The notes under the pieces: generated by a model
Told to the model about the DNA's origin: nothing
The model's input: only the letters and a program-made list of their open reading frames with translations
Databases searched by the model: none
NCBI GenBank assembly: GCA_963698035.1
Contig: OY969114.1
Coordinates: 360,001 to 392,000 of the forward strand
Direction of reading: 5' to 3'
Source: Candidatus Saccharimonadota bacterium
GTDB taxonomy: Archaea > Micrarchaeota > Micrarchaeia > Micrarchaeales > Micrarchaeaceae
Length of the DNA stretch: 32,000 bases
Translations under genes and position numbers: made by a program
In this document: positions 7,864 to 15,924 of the stretch, piece after piece
How the letters are laid out: each line of letters starts with the position of its first letter
How positions within the stretch are numbered: position 1 is the first letter of the stretch

Positions 7864-9111
7864 TTGGCGGCTCTTAATATAGATGCAATACGCAAGGATT
7901 TCCCAATACTTAAGACGAAGATGAACGGGAAGCCGCTTATCTACCTTGACAGTGCCGCTACATCGCAGAAGCCGAAGCAGGTGGTAGACGCAATCTGTGA
8001 TTACTACTCAAACTACAACGCAAACATACATAGGGGAGTCTACAAGATTGCAGTGGAGGCGACTGCAAAGTACACCGAATCTAAGGACAAGCTTGCGAGG
8101 CTCATCGGTGCAGGGTCGATAGAGGAAATAATTTACGTCAGGAACACGACAGAGGCGATAAACCTTGTCGCACTGGCTTGGGGAGACCAGAATGTCAAAA
8201 AGGGAGACCACATACTGATATCGCAAATGGAGCACCATAGCAACATGGTTCCGTGGCAGATGCTTGCTAAGAGGAAGGGCGCGATGCTCGACTACATAAA
8301 GCTTGATGATGACAAATGCGGCCTTTCAGAGCAGAGCTTCTTGGCCGAGCTTGAGAAAAGACCCAAGATTGTTGCGCTCACCCACATATCCAACGTGCTC
8401 GGCAGCATAAACGACGTAAAGCACATTACAAGGCTTGCAAAGAAGAGCGGTGCGGTGGTGCTCATTGACGGCGCCCAGTCTGTACCGCACATGCCGGTGA
8501 ACGTGAAAGATATTGGTTGTGACTTCCTTGCGCTGTCAGGCCACAAGATGCTTGCGCCTACAGGAATAGGCGCGCTCTATGGCAGGAGGGAGATGCTAGA
8601 AGAGATGCCGCCTTTGTTCGGCGGAGGTGATATGATAAAAAGAGTTGAGTTCAGGTCTTACACGCCGAACGTATTGCCGTGGAAATTCGAAGCCGGGACT
8701 CCGAACATTGAGGGAGGCATAGCATTTGGATATGCAGTGGACTATCTTGAAAAGATAGGAATGCACAAGATAAGGGAGCATGAGAAGTCGATAACAAGAT
8801 ACGCAATGGAGCAGCTCTCGAAAATAAAAAACGTTACCATATTCGGATACGGTGCTGACCGCATCGATATGCGCGGTGGTGTAATCTCCTTCTCAATACG
8901 GGGAGTACATCCCCACGACGTTGCAAGCATATTCGACGGGGAAGGCATAGCAATACGCGCTGGCCACCACTGCGCTATGCCCCTTGTAAAAGAGGTGCTT
9001 GGCGAAGGCGCGGTATCCAGAATGAGCTTCTACATCTACAATAAGGAATCGGAGGTGGACAAAGCTGTCGAAGCAATTCACAAGGTGAAGAAAATATTCA
9101 GGGTGGAGTAA
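7864..9111 (+). CDS. sufS: Cysteine desulfurase SufS (class V aminotransferase)
   Basis: IRKDFPIL...LIYLDSAATSQKP at the N-terminus, PLP-lysine motif LSGHKM, and catalytic Cys motif RAGHHCAMP. A TTG start is required because the conserved N-terminal motif precedes the first ATG. A GGTGAT Shine-Dalgarno site lies 3 nt upstream. Confidence 0.9.
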   Translation: MAALNIDAIRKDFPILKTKMNGKPLIYLDSAATSQKPKQVVDAICDYYSNYNANIHRGVYKIAVEATAKYTESKDKLARLIGAGSIEEIIYVRNTTEAINLVALAWGDQNVKKGDHILISQMEHHSNMVPWQMLAKRKGAMLDYIKLDDDKCGLSEQSFLAELEKRPKIVALTHISNVLGSINDVKHITRLAKKSGAVVLIDGAQSVPHMPVNVKDIGCDFLALSGHKMLAPTGIGALYGRREMLEEMPPLFGGGDMIKRVEFRSYTPNVLPWKFEAGTPNIEGGIAFGYAVDYLEKIGMHKIREHEKSITRYAMEQLSKIKNVTIFGYGADRIDMRGGVISFSIRGVHPHDVASIFDGEGIAIRAGHHCAMPLVKEVLGEGAVSRMSFYIYNKESEVDKAVEAIHKVKKIFRVE

Positions 9112-9497
9112 TGCCAATGGACATCTACGTTGAGGAGCTTATTTCGCACTATGAGCATCCGCACAACAAGGGTAAGATGGTGGGGGCTGACTCCGAATTC
9201 CATGAGGACAACCCCATATGCGGCGATGACATAACGCTTTACATAAAGGTAAAGAATGATAAGATAGTAGATATTTCCTTTGAAGGGTACGGGTGTGCGA
9301 TAAGCCAGGCGTCTGCGAGCATGCTGACCGATTTCGTTAAGGGAATGGAGGTAGAAAAGGCAAAGAAGGTCGACTATGAGAAGCTGAAGGAGCTTATCGG
9401 AATAGACCCGGGACCTGCAAGGATGAACTGCGCAACCCTCTGCCTGAAAACCCTGGCGGGGGCACTATTCCTGTACGAGCATAAGAGGAAATCCTAG
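9111..9497 (+). CDS. sufU: SufU/IscU-type Fe-S assembly (sulfur acceptor/scaffold) protein
   Basis: Contains NPICGD, GYGCAISQASASM and MNCATL, the three Cys motifs of SufU/NifU-N family proteins. The start overlaps the sufS stop (TAATG). Confidence 0.85.
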   Translation: MPMDIYVEELISHYEHPHNKGKMVGADSEFHEDNPICGDDITLYIKVKNDKIVDISFEGYGCAISQASASMLTDFVKGMEVEKAKKVDYEKLKELIGIDPGPARMNCATLCLKTLAGALFLYEHKRKS

Positions 9498-10015
9498 CGG
9501 GCGAAGGTCATCGTTCCGTTTATTGTAGAGTTCCTTAGTGTTTCCACGACGTACTGCCCGTAGTTGCATCTGGGCACCTGTGAGTATGGCGTGGCGTTGT
9601 AGACAGCGGCTGGGTATCCCTTTGCATCGAGCCAGGTTATCTTCAGATTGAGGGCTGTGTTTTTCATCCAGAAGCATTGCGACCCGTAGCTCGGGAACAC
9701 GAATATCATTCCGATGCAATTGCCCATGCCGTCGCAGTCGCCTATTGTTGAAACATTCATGTAGCCTTCCGCTTGCTGCTGGGGCGTTATCGCCAGATAT
9801 GCGTGGTACATTCTGGTGTTATTCCCACTTGATATCGTTATGTTGGTGACGTTAAACCTAGAATTGAGCAGCGCGGTGCTCTGCTGCGCGTTCAATGTGT
9901 GGTTGGAGCCGAACCCATAGTAGTAGACTCCGAATATTATTGCTGCTCCGACTATGGCGGTTGCGATTATGGTAATATTTGACATATTGCTTTCAGCGGA
10001 CTCTCTTTTCATCAC
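9494..10015 (-). CDS. Membrane-anchored DUF192 family protein (second paralog)
   Basis: An N-terminal hydrophobic helix (ITIIATAIVGAAIIFGVYYYGF) is followed by a DUF192-like core (GMIFVFP...CFWMKNTALNLKITWLDAKG...YVVETL). At least eight N-x-S/T sequons follow the helix. Its stop overlaps the sufU stop at a shared CTAG. Confidence 0.65.
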   Translation of the reverse strand: MMKRESAESNMSNITIIATAIVGAAIIFGVYYYGFGSNHTLNAQQSTALLNSRFNVTNITISSGNNTRMYHAYLAITPQQQAEGYMNVSTIGDCDGMGNCIGMIFVFPSYGSQCFWMKNTALNLKITWLDAKGYPAAVYNATPYSQVPRCNYGQYVVETLRNSTINGTMTFAR

Positions 10016-10081
10016 AAATCAGAAATACCTCGTCTCATCATGCAGATGATAGGCGAAGCTAAAATAATTAAACCCTTGTAA

Positions 10082-10154
10082 TAGCCCCTATCGGATTCGA
10101 ACCGATGTACACGGGTCCAAAGCCCGCGGTCCTTGGCCGCTAGACGAAGGGGCT
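10082..10154 (-). tRNA. tRNA-Gln (anticodon UUG)
   Basis: Reverse complement: AGCCCCT TC GTC TAGCGGCCAAGGAC C GCGGG CTTTGGA CCCGT GTACA TCGGT TCGAATC CGATAGGGGCT A. The cloverleaf is canonical and 73 nt long. A TATA-like TTAAATTATT lies ~30 nt upstream, and T-runs lie downstream. Confidence 0.9.
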
Positions 10155-10192
10155 ACGCTAGATGATACATCTCGAATAATTTAAGCATTTGC

Positions 10193-11674
10193 TTAGTATG
10201 TTCTTCCGAAGAACATTTCCGCCACACTGCCCTTACTACAGGATGCACATGTGGGCTTAAGTTTCTTGTCAGAGACATAGCCTATGGTCGGAATCCCGAT
10301 TTCTCCTTCCAGCTTTCTACCACATTCTTCATCCCCGCACCACGGCAGGCCCACCATGCCAAGCCTTTCTTTGTATTTCTCCTTTAGCTGGCTTACCGTT
10401 TCAAAATGAAGTATGCGATCAAAAACATTGCGGCGCGCCTTATCCATCATGGTTTCATTTATCTTATCGACCAGCTGCATAAGGTTGGGGACTAGTTCTG
10501 AACTGTCGACTTCGAATTTTTCTCTGGTGTCCCTCCTGAATATTATCGCCTTTCCGCTTTTGACCTCCTTCGGCCCCAGCTCTATCCTCATGGGGATTCC
10601 TTTCGCTTCAAGCTCATAGAATCTTTCTCCTATGCTTTCGTTCCTATCATCAATAGCTACCCTAAAGCCCGCTTTTGTGAGGCTTTTCTCAATTTCTTTT
10701 CCCTTCTTGAGTATCTCGTCTCTCTGCTCTGAATGCGCAATAAGAACTATGACGACTTGAATGGGTGCAACGTGGGGAGGCAGGATAAGACCGTTGTTGT
10801 CTCCATGTATCGCGATTAGCGCGCCCAGCTCCCTTTCAGATATCCCATAGCAGGTCTGGTGGACATACGCATGCGTTCCGTCCGCCTTCAAGTATTTTAT
10901 ATCAAAGGCCTTTGCAAACTTGTCGCCGAGGTTTATTACAGATCCCAGTTCTATCGCTTTGCCATCTGGCATCACAGACACTATGTCATAGTTGTACAGC
11001 GCCCCTGCAAAGGTGTCCCAGCTCGGCGTCTTTACCACAATGTATGGAATAAGCAGCTTGTCGAAGAACCTTTCATAGATTTCTACGCCCTCTTTTATTT
11101 GTCGGTCTGCATCTTCTGCTGTAGTATGGAAAGTGTGCGCCTCCTTAAACTTAACAATTTCCCGTATTCTAAGAAGGGGCCTAGTTTGCTTAGTCTCATG
11201 CCTAAAGATGTTTACCGTCTGGTATAGTTTCAGTGGCAGATCGGTAGCTGACCTTATCCAAGGTTTTACAGATTCGTATATGACGGTCTCGGACGTGGGC
11301 CTTATGTAAAGATTTTCGGTCAAGTTTTCGGTGCCCGCCTTTGTGACCACAAACGCCTCACCACTAAACCCTTTGAGGAAGTCTCTTTCCTTGCCAAATA
11401 TCGACTCTGGTATGAGCATTGGGAAGTATACCTCTTCATGGCCGGATTTATCGAGTAGGCCCTCTATTATGCTTAACATCAGCTTGAGCGCCTTGAATCC
11501 GTAAGGCCGCCATATCATCATCCCTTTGAGCGGGTATCTTACATCGACTATGTCGCCAAGCCTCAAAGCATTGTCGTACCAGTCTGGAAAGTCCTTGAAT
11601 TTATCTATTGAGAAGGTAATCTTTCCTTTTGTGCTTTTGGGTTTAGCCTGAGCAGCTTTTAGCGGTTTTGCCAT
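10193..11674 (-). CDS. proS: Prolyl-tRNA synthetase, archaeal/eukaryote-like type
   Basis: Class II aaRS with ...YGISERELGALIAIHGDNNGLILPPHVAPIQVVIV... It has a C-terminal Cys-rich domain (CGDEEC...CASC) and a terminal Tyr, typical of archaeal-type ProRS. A short Lys/Ala-rich N-terminal tail is present. Confidence 0.92.
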   Translation of the reverse strand: MAKPLKAAQAKPKSTKGKITFSIDKFKDFPDWYDNALRLGDIVDVRYPLKGMMIWRPYGFKALKLMLSIIEGLLDKSGHEEVYFPMLIPESIFGKERDFLKGFSGEAFVVTKAGTENLTENLYIRPTSETVIYESVKPWIRSATDLPLKLYQTVNIFRHETKQTRPLLRIREIVKFKEAHTFHTTAEDADRQIKEGVEIYERFFDKLLIPYIVVKTPSWDTFAGALYNYDIVSVMPDGKAIELGSVINLGDKFAKAFDIKYLKADGTHAYVHQTCYGISERELGALIAIHGDNNGLILPPHVAPIQVVIVLIAHSEQRDEILKKGKEIEKSLTKAGFRVAIDDRNESIGERFYELEAKGIPMRIELGPKEVKSGKAIIFRRDTREKFEVDSSELVPNLMQLVDKINETMMDKARRNVFDRILHFETVSQLKEKYKERLGMVGLPWCGDEECGRKLEGEIGIPTIGYVSDKKLKPTCASCSKGSVAEMFFGRTY

Positions 11675-11714
11675 TTTTACACTCTTTTGCTGATTAACTT
11701 ATCTGCCTAACATC

Positions 11715-12314
11715 TTAAACCTTATTGTCTGGCTCTCCATACGATGAGTCAACAATGCAGAGTGCATCTTTCATCATCTTGCGCTCTTCCGCAGCAAAAA
11801 TTTTCTCTTTTATCATGCTTTTTCTCTTTAATACAGTGTTAAGGACATGGAATCTCTCATCATCCTTGCTACGCATCGTTGCGGCAAGCAGCTTTATAGG
11901 GTCATTTATTGCAGGTGTGCCTTCTATCTCAAGGATCCATTCCTCCGTTATCGTCCTGTAATTTATCAGTATGGATATTTCCTGGACGGCCATCATCAGC
12001 TTCTTCGTGGTTTCTATCTTCTGGACCTCCTCCGAAGTAAGCTTGCTGAGCCTGCTCTCCTTGCTGTCTATATAATAGGCATAGCTCTTTAGCATCTTCC
12101 CGCTCTCCACAGCGATCTCATTCGCGACAAACAGGTCTCTCTCGGCGTCGCTCTGCATCTCATTTTTTGGTATGACGCTTCCCTCGACCTTCATCCTGCC
12201 TTCTTTGACCTCCTTCTGCAGCGTTATTATGGCCTCGTTGGCGAGCTCGGTCTTTACTTTTACAAGAAGGTCCTCGCAGATTATCCATGCGGCTATGCCG
12301 CTATTGTCCGGCAT
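11715..12314 (-). CDS. Hypothetical protein (199 aa, predicted mostly helical)
   Basis: Long ORF in a tight same-strand series: thrC, HAD, this ORF, proS. I recognise no motif. Confidence 0.5.
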   Translation of the reverse strand: MPDNSGIAAWIICEDLLVKVKTELANEAIITLQKEVKEGRMKVEGSVIPKNEMQSDAERDLFVANEIAVESGKMLKSYAYYIDSKESRLSKLTSEEVQKIETTKKLMMAVQEISILINYRTITEEWILEIEGTPAINDPIKLLAATMRSKDDERFHVLNTVLKRKSMIKEKIFAAEERKMMKDALCIVDSSYGEPDNKV

Positions 12315-12315
12315 C

Positions 12316-12906
12316 TTACCATATACCTAGCCTTTTGAGCTTTTCCACCAGCTTTTTTGCGCCAACAAAGTGGATGGACTTAATTCCAACCTTTCTGGCG
12401 CCCACCACGTTTTGAAGGTTGTTATCTATGAAGAGAATTTCGTTGGGCTTTAACTTTGTTTTCTTTAAGACGTATCTGTATATCTGCGGGCGTGGCTTGA
12501 GAAGCCTTATGTAACCGCTGACAAAGGTGTAGTCGAAAAGCTTTAAGTCTACTATTTTAGCCGTATACGCGTACCTGCAACGCTCGCTGTTTGTCAACAG
12601 CGCAGTAAGATACCTTTCCTTCAACCTTTTTATGATTCTTATCATCTCCGATTTTACTTTTACATTCCTTTCGTAACAACCACAATACTTTATTCTGGAC
12701 CTTGGAACTTTGAACCGTTTTGATATGATGCGCTCGAACTGGGCCAGCCTCATGCGCCCCTCATCGAGACTGTCTATCATGTTGCTCGTGAACCTGTCTA
12801 CTGTATCGAAATCTGCTCCACTTTCTTTTGAGATTTGCCTCGAATAGGTCTTACTGCTCCAGTTGTTTATGGTATAATCCATGTCGAACATTATCATCTT
12901 TATCAT
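12316..12906 (-). CDS. HAD superfamily hydrolase/phosphatase
   Basis: The N-terminal MFDMDYT matches the DxDxT nucleophile motif. Motif III-like ...FIDNNLQNV lies near the C-terminus. By eye it is more A/T-rich than its neighbours. Confidence 0.7.
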   Translation of the reverse strand: MIKMIMFDMDYTINNWSSKTYSRQISKESGADFDTVDRFTSNMIDSLDEGRMRLAQFERIISKRFKVPRSRIKYCGCYERNVKVKSEMIRIIKRLKERYLTALLTNSERCRYAYTAKIVDLKLFDYTFVSGYIRLLKPRPQIYRYVLKKTKLKPNEILFIDNNLQNVVGARKVGIKSIHFVGAKKLVEKLKRLGIW

Positions 12907-12917
12907 TGACTCACGCC

Positions 12918-13970
12918 TTAAACATTCCCTCCGCTAACTATCGCCACTACCTTGTCACTCTGTTTGAATTTTATCCTCTTGAATGCTGCTATCGATGCGA
13001 CTCCTGCCAGCTCTGCAGGCTTTCCGTATTCTCTGCTGAAAAGGCGCTGCTCCCTCTCCAGCTCCTTCTCTGTCACCGTTATTGCAGCCCCTTTTGTCTG
13101 CTTGATTGCCTCAATTGCCTGGTACCCGAATGTCGGCATACCCACCGCTATTGCATCTGCATGGGTTCTTGGTGCCTGATACCGTATCTTTGTGTGCAAG
13201 TTTACAGCCTTGACCAGAGGGCTGCATCCTTGGGCCTGGACCGCCACGATTTTGGGCATCGACCTCCCGCTTATCCTCTCTATGTCTAGAAGCGCTTTGA
13301 ATATCCCGCTAATGAGGGTCGCATTGCCTACGGGCACAATTATATGGGTTGTTCCTGGGAGCTGGGCGGCCAATTCATAAGCGATTGTCTTCTGCCCCTC
13401 TTTCCTATAGCAGTAATCACCTGCGAGAAATGCGCCTGTTTTTGATGCGTACTCTTGTGCGTTCTTCTGGGCTTTTGTGAAGTCGCCCTTTACAATGTGT
13501 ATGCTGGCATCGTGGGTAGCAGCTATATCCTTCAGCTTGTCTGGATTGGCCCCATTTCCTATAAATACTGTAGTGCGGAGGCCTTCAATTTTCGCAAAGT
13601 GGCAGATCGAGTAGGCCATGTTGCCGGTTGAGGCGACTGCAATTTCACTGTAACGGTACTCCTTCGCCTTGGATACCTCTATTACAGAGCCCCTGTCCTT
13701 GAACGATCCTGTTGGATTGATTAGCTCGAGCTTTAAGAACAATCCGTGGAGACTTCCATTTATGAGCGGTGTGCTGCCTACCCTGTGATGTTTGTACCTA
13801 CCGTTTGGAAGGAATTTTGAATACCCCCAGAAACCTATATTTTTGGGCAATGTGCAAGGCTGTCGCTTGTATTCAACTTCTAGGAGTTTACTGCATCTGC
13901 CGCATATCTGCTTTTTGTATCCTTCGGGGAAAGCTGCACCGCATTTTGTGCACTGCAATATGTAGTCCAT
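12918..13970 (-). CDS. thrC: Threonine synthase (short archaeal type, PLP-dependent)
   Basis: N-terminal zinc-ribbon-like CTKCG...CGRC, PLP-lysine motif PTGSFKDRG, and ...VPVGNATLISG... The exact substrate is not verifiable from sequence alone. Confidence 0.75.
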   Translation of the reverse strand: MDYILQCTKCGAAFPEGYKKQICGRCSKLLEVEYKRQPCTLPKNIGFWGYSKFLPNGRYKHHRVGSTPLINGSLHGLFLKLELINPTGSFKDRGSVIEVSKAKEYRYSEIAVASTGNMAYSICHFAKIEGLRTTVFIGNGANPDKLKDIAATHDASIHIVKGDFTKAQKNAQEYASKTGAFLAGDYCYRKEGQKTIAYELAAQLPGTTHIIVPVGNATLISGIFKALLDIERISGRSMPKIVAVQAQGCSPLVKAVNLHTKIRYQAPRTHADAIAVGMPTFGYQAIEAIKQTKGAAITVTEKELEREQRLFSREYGKPAELAGVASIAAFKRIKFKQSDKVVAIVSGGNV

Positions 13971-14099
13971 TTCATTCAGCCTACCGCTTTCAAGCTTTGC
14001 TCATAAAGTATCAAACATAAAAGCCTATATATTTAGATAAAAATATGAAAGATTTAAGTTAAAAGAGGTTAGAGGGATAGTAAGTTGGATTATTGGAGA

Positions 14100-14304
14100 T
14101 ATCCACACTCTATACACCCACCTTACCCCTGTGGATAGTGTCTCTTTCCTCGACAAAGTCTTTGAGAGTATCCACCGGAAATAGATAGGGTGTGGATAGT
14201 ATTCTAAGATTGTTTTAGTGTGTTATGCAGGAAAAGCTATAGCTCAGATACCTAGATAACGTTTAGTGTGGGGCTTACTAGGCTAGTTTGGGGTTTGGCT
14301 AGTT
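14100..14304. repeat. Cluster of short inverted and direct repeats in a non-coding island (four GTGGATA cores, 2x TTTAGTGTG, 2x GGCTAGTT)
   Basis: TATCCACAC 14100..14108 and TATCCACC 14169..14176 are on one strand. TGTGGATAGT 14130..14139 and 14191..14200 are on the other. TCCACCGGAAA lies at 14171..14181, followed by AGGGTGTGG at 14187..14195. TTTAGTGTG lies at 14214..14222 and 14262..14270. GGCTAGTT lies at 14281..14288 and 14297..14304. Confidence 0.8.
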
Positions 14305-14343
14305 GAAGGCTGATTCCCAGGAGGTAGCTCTGAGCCTTCTTGG

Positions 14344-14362
14344 ATGCAGCTTGATGTTGCAT
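14344..14362 (-). terminator. Hairpin just downstream of the dodecin stop (possible terminator or RNA-stability element)
   Basis: ATGCAGC-TTGAT-GTTGCAT forms a 7-bp stem (one G-U pair) with a 5-nt loop, 10 nt past the stop. No oligo-T run follows, so the call is weak. Confidence 0.2.
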
Positions 14363-14371
14363 GTTGCCTAG

Positions 14372-14572
14372 TTAGAGACCAGAAGAGACTTTGAGGTTGA
14401 CCCGGTATTCGTATATCTTTCCGTCCTTTACCTTGGCGGTCATCTTTAGCACGTCGACCCCTCTTATGTCCTTGTGCTTCTGCGACATCTTCGCGACCGC
14501 CTTCCTTACAGCGTCGTCGAAGCCCTTCGCAGAGTCGCTCACATACTCTGTTATTTGTCCTACTTCTCCCAT
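14372..14572 (-). CDS. Dodecin family flavin-binding protein
   Basis: MGEVGQITEYVSDSAKGFDDAVRKAVAKMSQKHKDIRGVDVLKMTAKVKDGKIYEYRVNLKVS resembles dodecins in pattern and length (66 aa). I prefer the ATG at 14572, preceded by GAGAGGT, over the track start at 14596, which would overlap the Rieske gene. Confidence 0.75.
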   Translation of the reverse strand: MGEVGQITEYVSDSAKGFDDAVRKAVAKMSQKHKDIRGVDVLKMTAKVKDGKIYEYRVNLKVSSGL

Positions 14573-14585
14573 TTCAAAACCTCTC

Positions 14586-14903
14586 TCAAATCTCAACCTT
14601 CACGTCATCCCCCTCTATCTTGACGTTGAAGCTCTTCTGAGCATACTCCTGATCCCATGCGCCTGCGGCTGCCTTGCCTGTCTTGATATCATACATCATT
14701 CCGTGCCACGGGCAGGTAATAACGAAGTCCTTTAGCTCACCATCTGATAGAGGTGCCCCTTGGTGAGCGCAGTGCTCCTCTATAGCGTAGATTGTGCCGC
14801 CTACTTTGAACAGGCAGATCTCAAGGTCCTCGCTCATCTTGACGCATTTGCCCTTTCCTTCCTCCAAATCCTCAAGCTTGCATGCATTTATGAAATCGGG
14901 CAT
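14586..14903 (-). CDS. Small Rieske [2Fe-2S] domain protein (ferredoxin-like)
   Basis: Rieske ligand motifs are present: CAHQG (CxH) and CPWHG (CxxH), with the expected spacing. 105 aa. Confidence 0.85.
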   Translation of the reverse strand: MPDFINACKLEDLEEGKGKCVKMSEDLEICLFKVGGTIYAIEEHCAHQGAPLSDGELKDFVITCPWHGMMYDIKTGKAAAGAWDQEYAQKSFNVKIEGDDVKVEI

Positions 14904-14977
14904 CTATACACCAAGTCCTCTGCTTGCAGCAGCCATTTCACCCAGATTATTTGATGTTTGGCAGGTATTTATGCTTA

Positions 14978-15868
14978 TCAGCTTTGCTTCCCCGATGCGA
15001 GCTTCGACCAGATTCCGTGCCTCTTTATGACCGGCCAAAGGAACGAGGCATAGGGCCTCTTATTTATACGCGATAAAAAATTGGAGAGCTCCTCCTGCTC
15101 CTCCTTGGTGAGCTTCCATCCTGACGCGCCGGCATTTTCAACTACATGCCTTTCGTCCGTAGCCTTGGGTATCGCAACTACATTCTTTTTATTGATAAGC
15201 CAGTTAAGTGCCACCTGGGCGATGCTCTTCGAATGGTTCGCAGCAATCCTTCCCAGCAGCTTGGTCAGGTCCTTATACTTTTCGCTGAAGATAGTGCCGC
15301 GTGCTAGCGGGCTGTATGCTATTATTGTAATTTTATTCTTCTGGCAGAATTCGAGCAGCTCCCTTTCAATGTATCGCACCAGTATGCTGTATTCTATCTG
15401 GTTTGAGACTATCTGGCTTCTCTTCATCGCTGCCTGCGCAGCCTCGAATTCCTTGGCATCGAAGTTGCTGACCCCTATATGGCGTATTTTCCCCTCTTTC
15501 TGCAGCTGTTCCATAGCATGCATGGTCTCCCCTATGGGCACGCTGTGATTGGGCCAGTGGAGTTGGTATAGGAATATTTCCTTTATCTTAAGCTTGGCAA
15601 GGCTCCTGCTGCACGCCTTGATTACGTCGTCGGGCCTGAAATTGTGCGGCGACACCTTTGTGGCGATTTTTATGCCATCTATGCCGGCCAAGGCCCTGCC
15701 AACCATCTCCTCGTTGCCATACATCTCTGCTGTGTCTACAAAGTCGATGCCCAAGCTTACGGCTTTGCGTATTGCCTTTACTGCATCTGAAGAATCCACA
15801 GGCATCTTCCATGTGCCAATTCCTATCTCGGATATCTTCTCTCCTGTCTTCCCTAGCTCCTTATATTC
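14978..15868 (-). CDS. Aldo/keto reductase family oxidoreductase
   Basis: MEYKELGKTGEKISEIGIGTW...IDTAEMYG...LYQLHWP...IGVSNF is a typical AKR sequence. I prefer the internal ATG at 15868 over the track start at 15907. Confidence 0.85.
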   Translation of the reverse strand, partial: EYKELGKTGEKISEIGIGTWKMPVDSSDAVKAIRKAVSLGIDFVDTAEMYGNEEMVGRALAGIDGIKIATKVSPHNFRPDDVIKACSRSLAKLKIKEIFLYQLHWPNHSVPIGETMHAMEQLQKEGKIRHIGVSNFDAKEFEAAQAAMKRSQIVSNQIEYSILVRYIERELLEFCQKNKITIIAYSPLARGTIFSEKYKDLTKLLGRIAANHSKSIAQVALNWLINKKNVVAIPKATDERHVVENAGASGWKLTKEEQEELSNFLSRINKRPYASFLWPVIKRHGIWSKLASGKQS

Positions 15869-15924
15869 CATGGTTTGATTGCTCAAGCAAACTATAAAAC
15901 GCTGCATGCGTGCGCTTCGCTGCG

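Noticed and set aside
9494-9497. Overlapping convergent stop codons of sufU and the anchored DUF192 gene at a shared CTAG
   Set aside because: This is a consequence of tight genome packing. No functional implication can be supported.
10147-10161. Exact 15-nt direct repeat AAGGGGCTACGCTAG at 10147..10161 (the 5' edge of tRNA-Gln) and at 19044..19058 (34 nt upstream of tRNA-Pro). It could be read as att-like duplications flanking an 8.9-kb integrated element.
   Set aside because: A 32-kb window has about 5e8 position pairs and a 15-mer matches at about 1e-9 per pair, so roughly one such repeat is expected by chance. The enclosed region contains core genes (proS, pcn, thrC) and no integrase. 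The repeats do not sit at equivalent positions relative to the two tRNAs.
14100-14304. Possible CRISPR array in the repeat-dense island
   Set aside because: The repeats are only 7-10 nt, occur in mixed orientation and have irregular spacing. There are no ~25-40-nt direct repeats with unique spacers and no cas genes.
14281-14370. TPP or other riboswitch near CTGAGC motifs in the island next to the dodecin and thrC genes
   Set aside because: The conserved TPP core (CUGAGA plus ACCUGAUCUGGAUAAUGCCAGCG-like pyrimidine-sensing helix) is not present on either strand.
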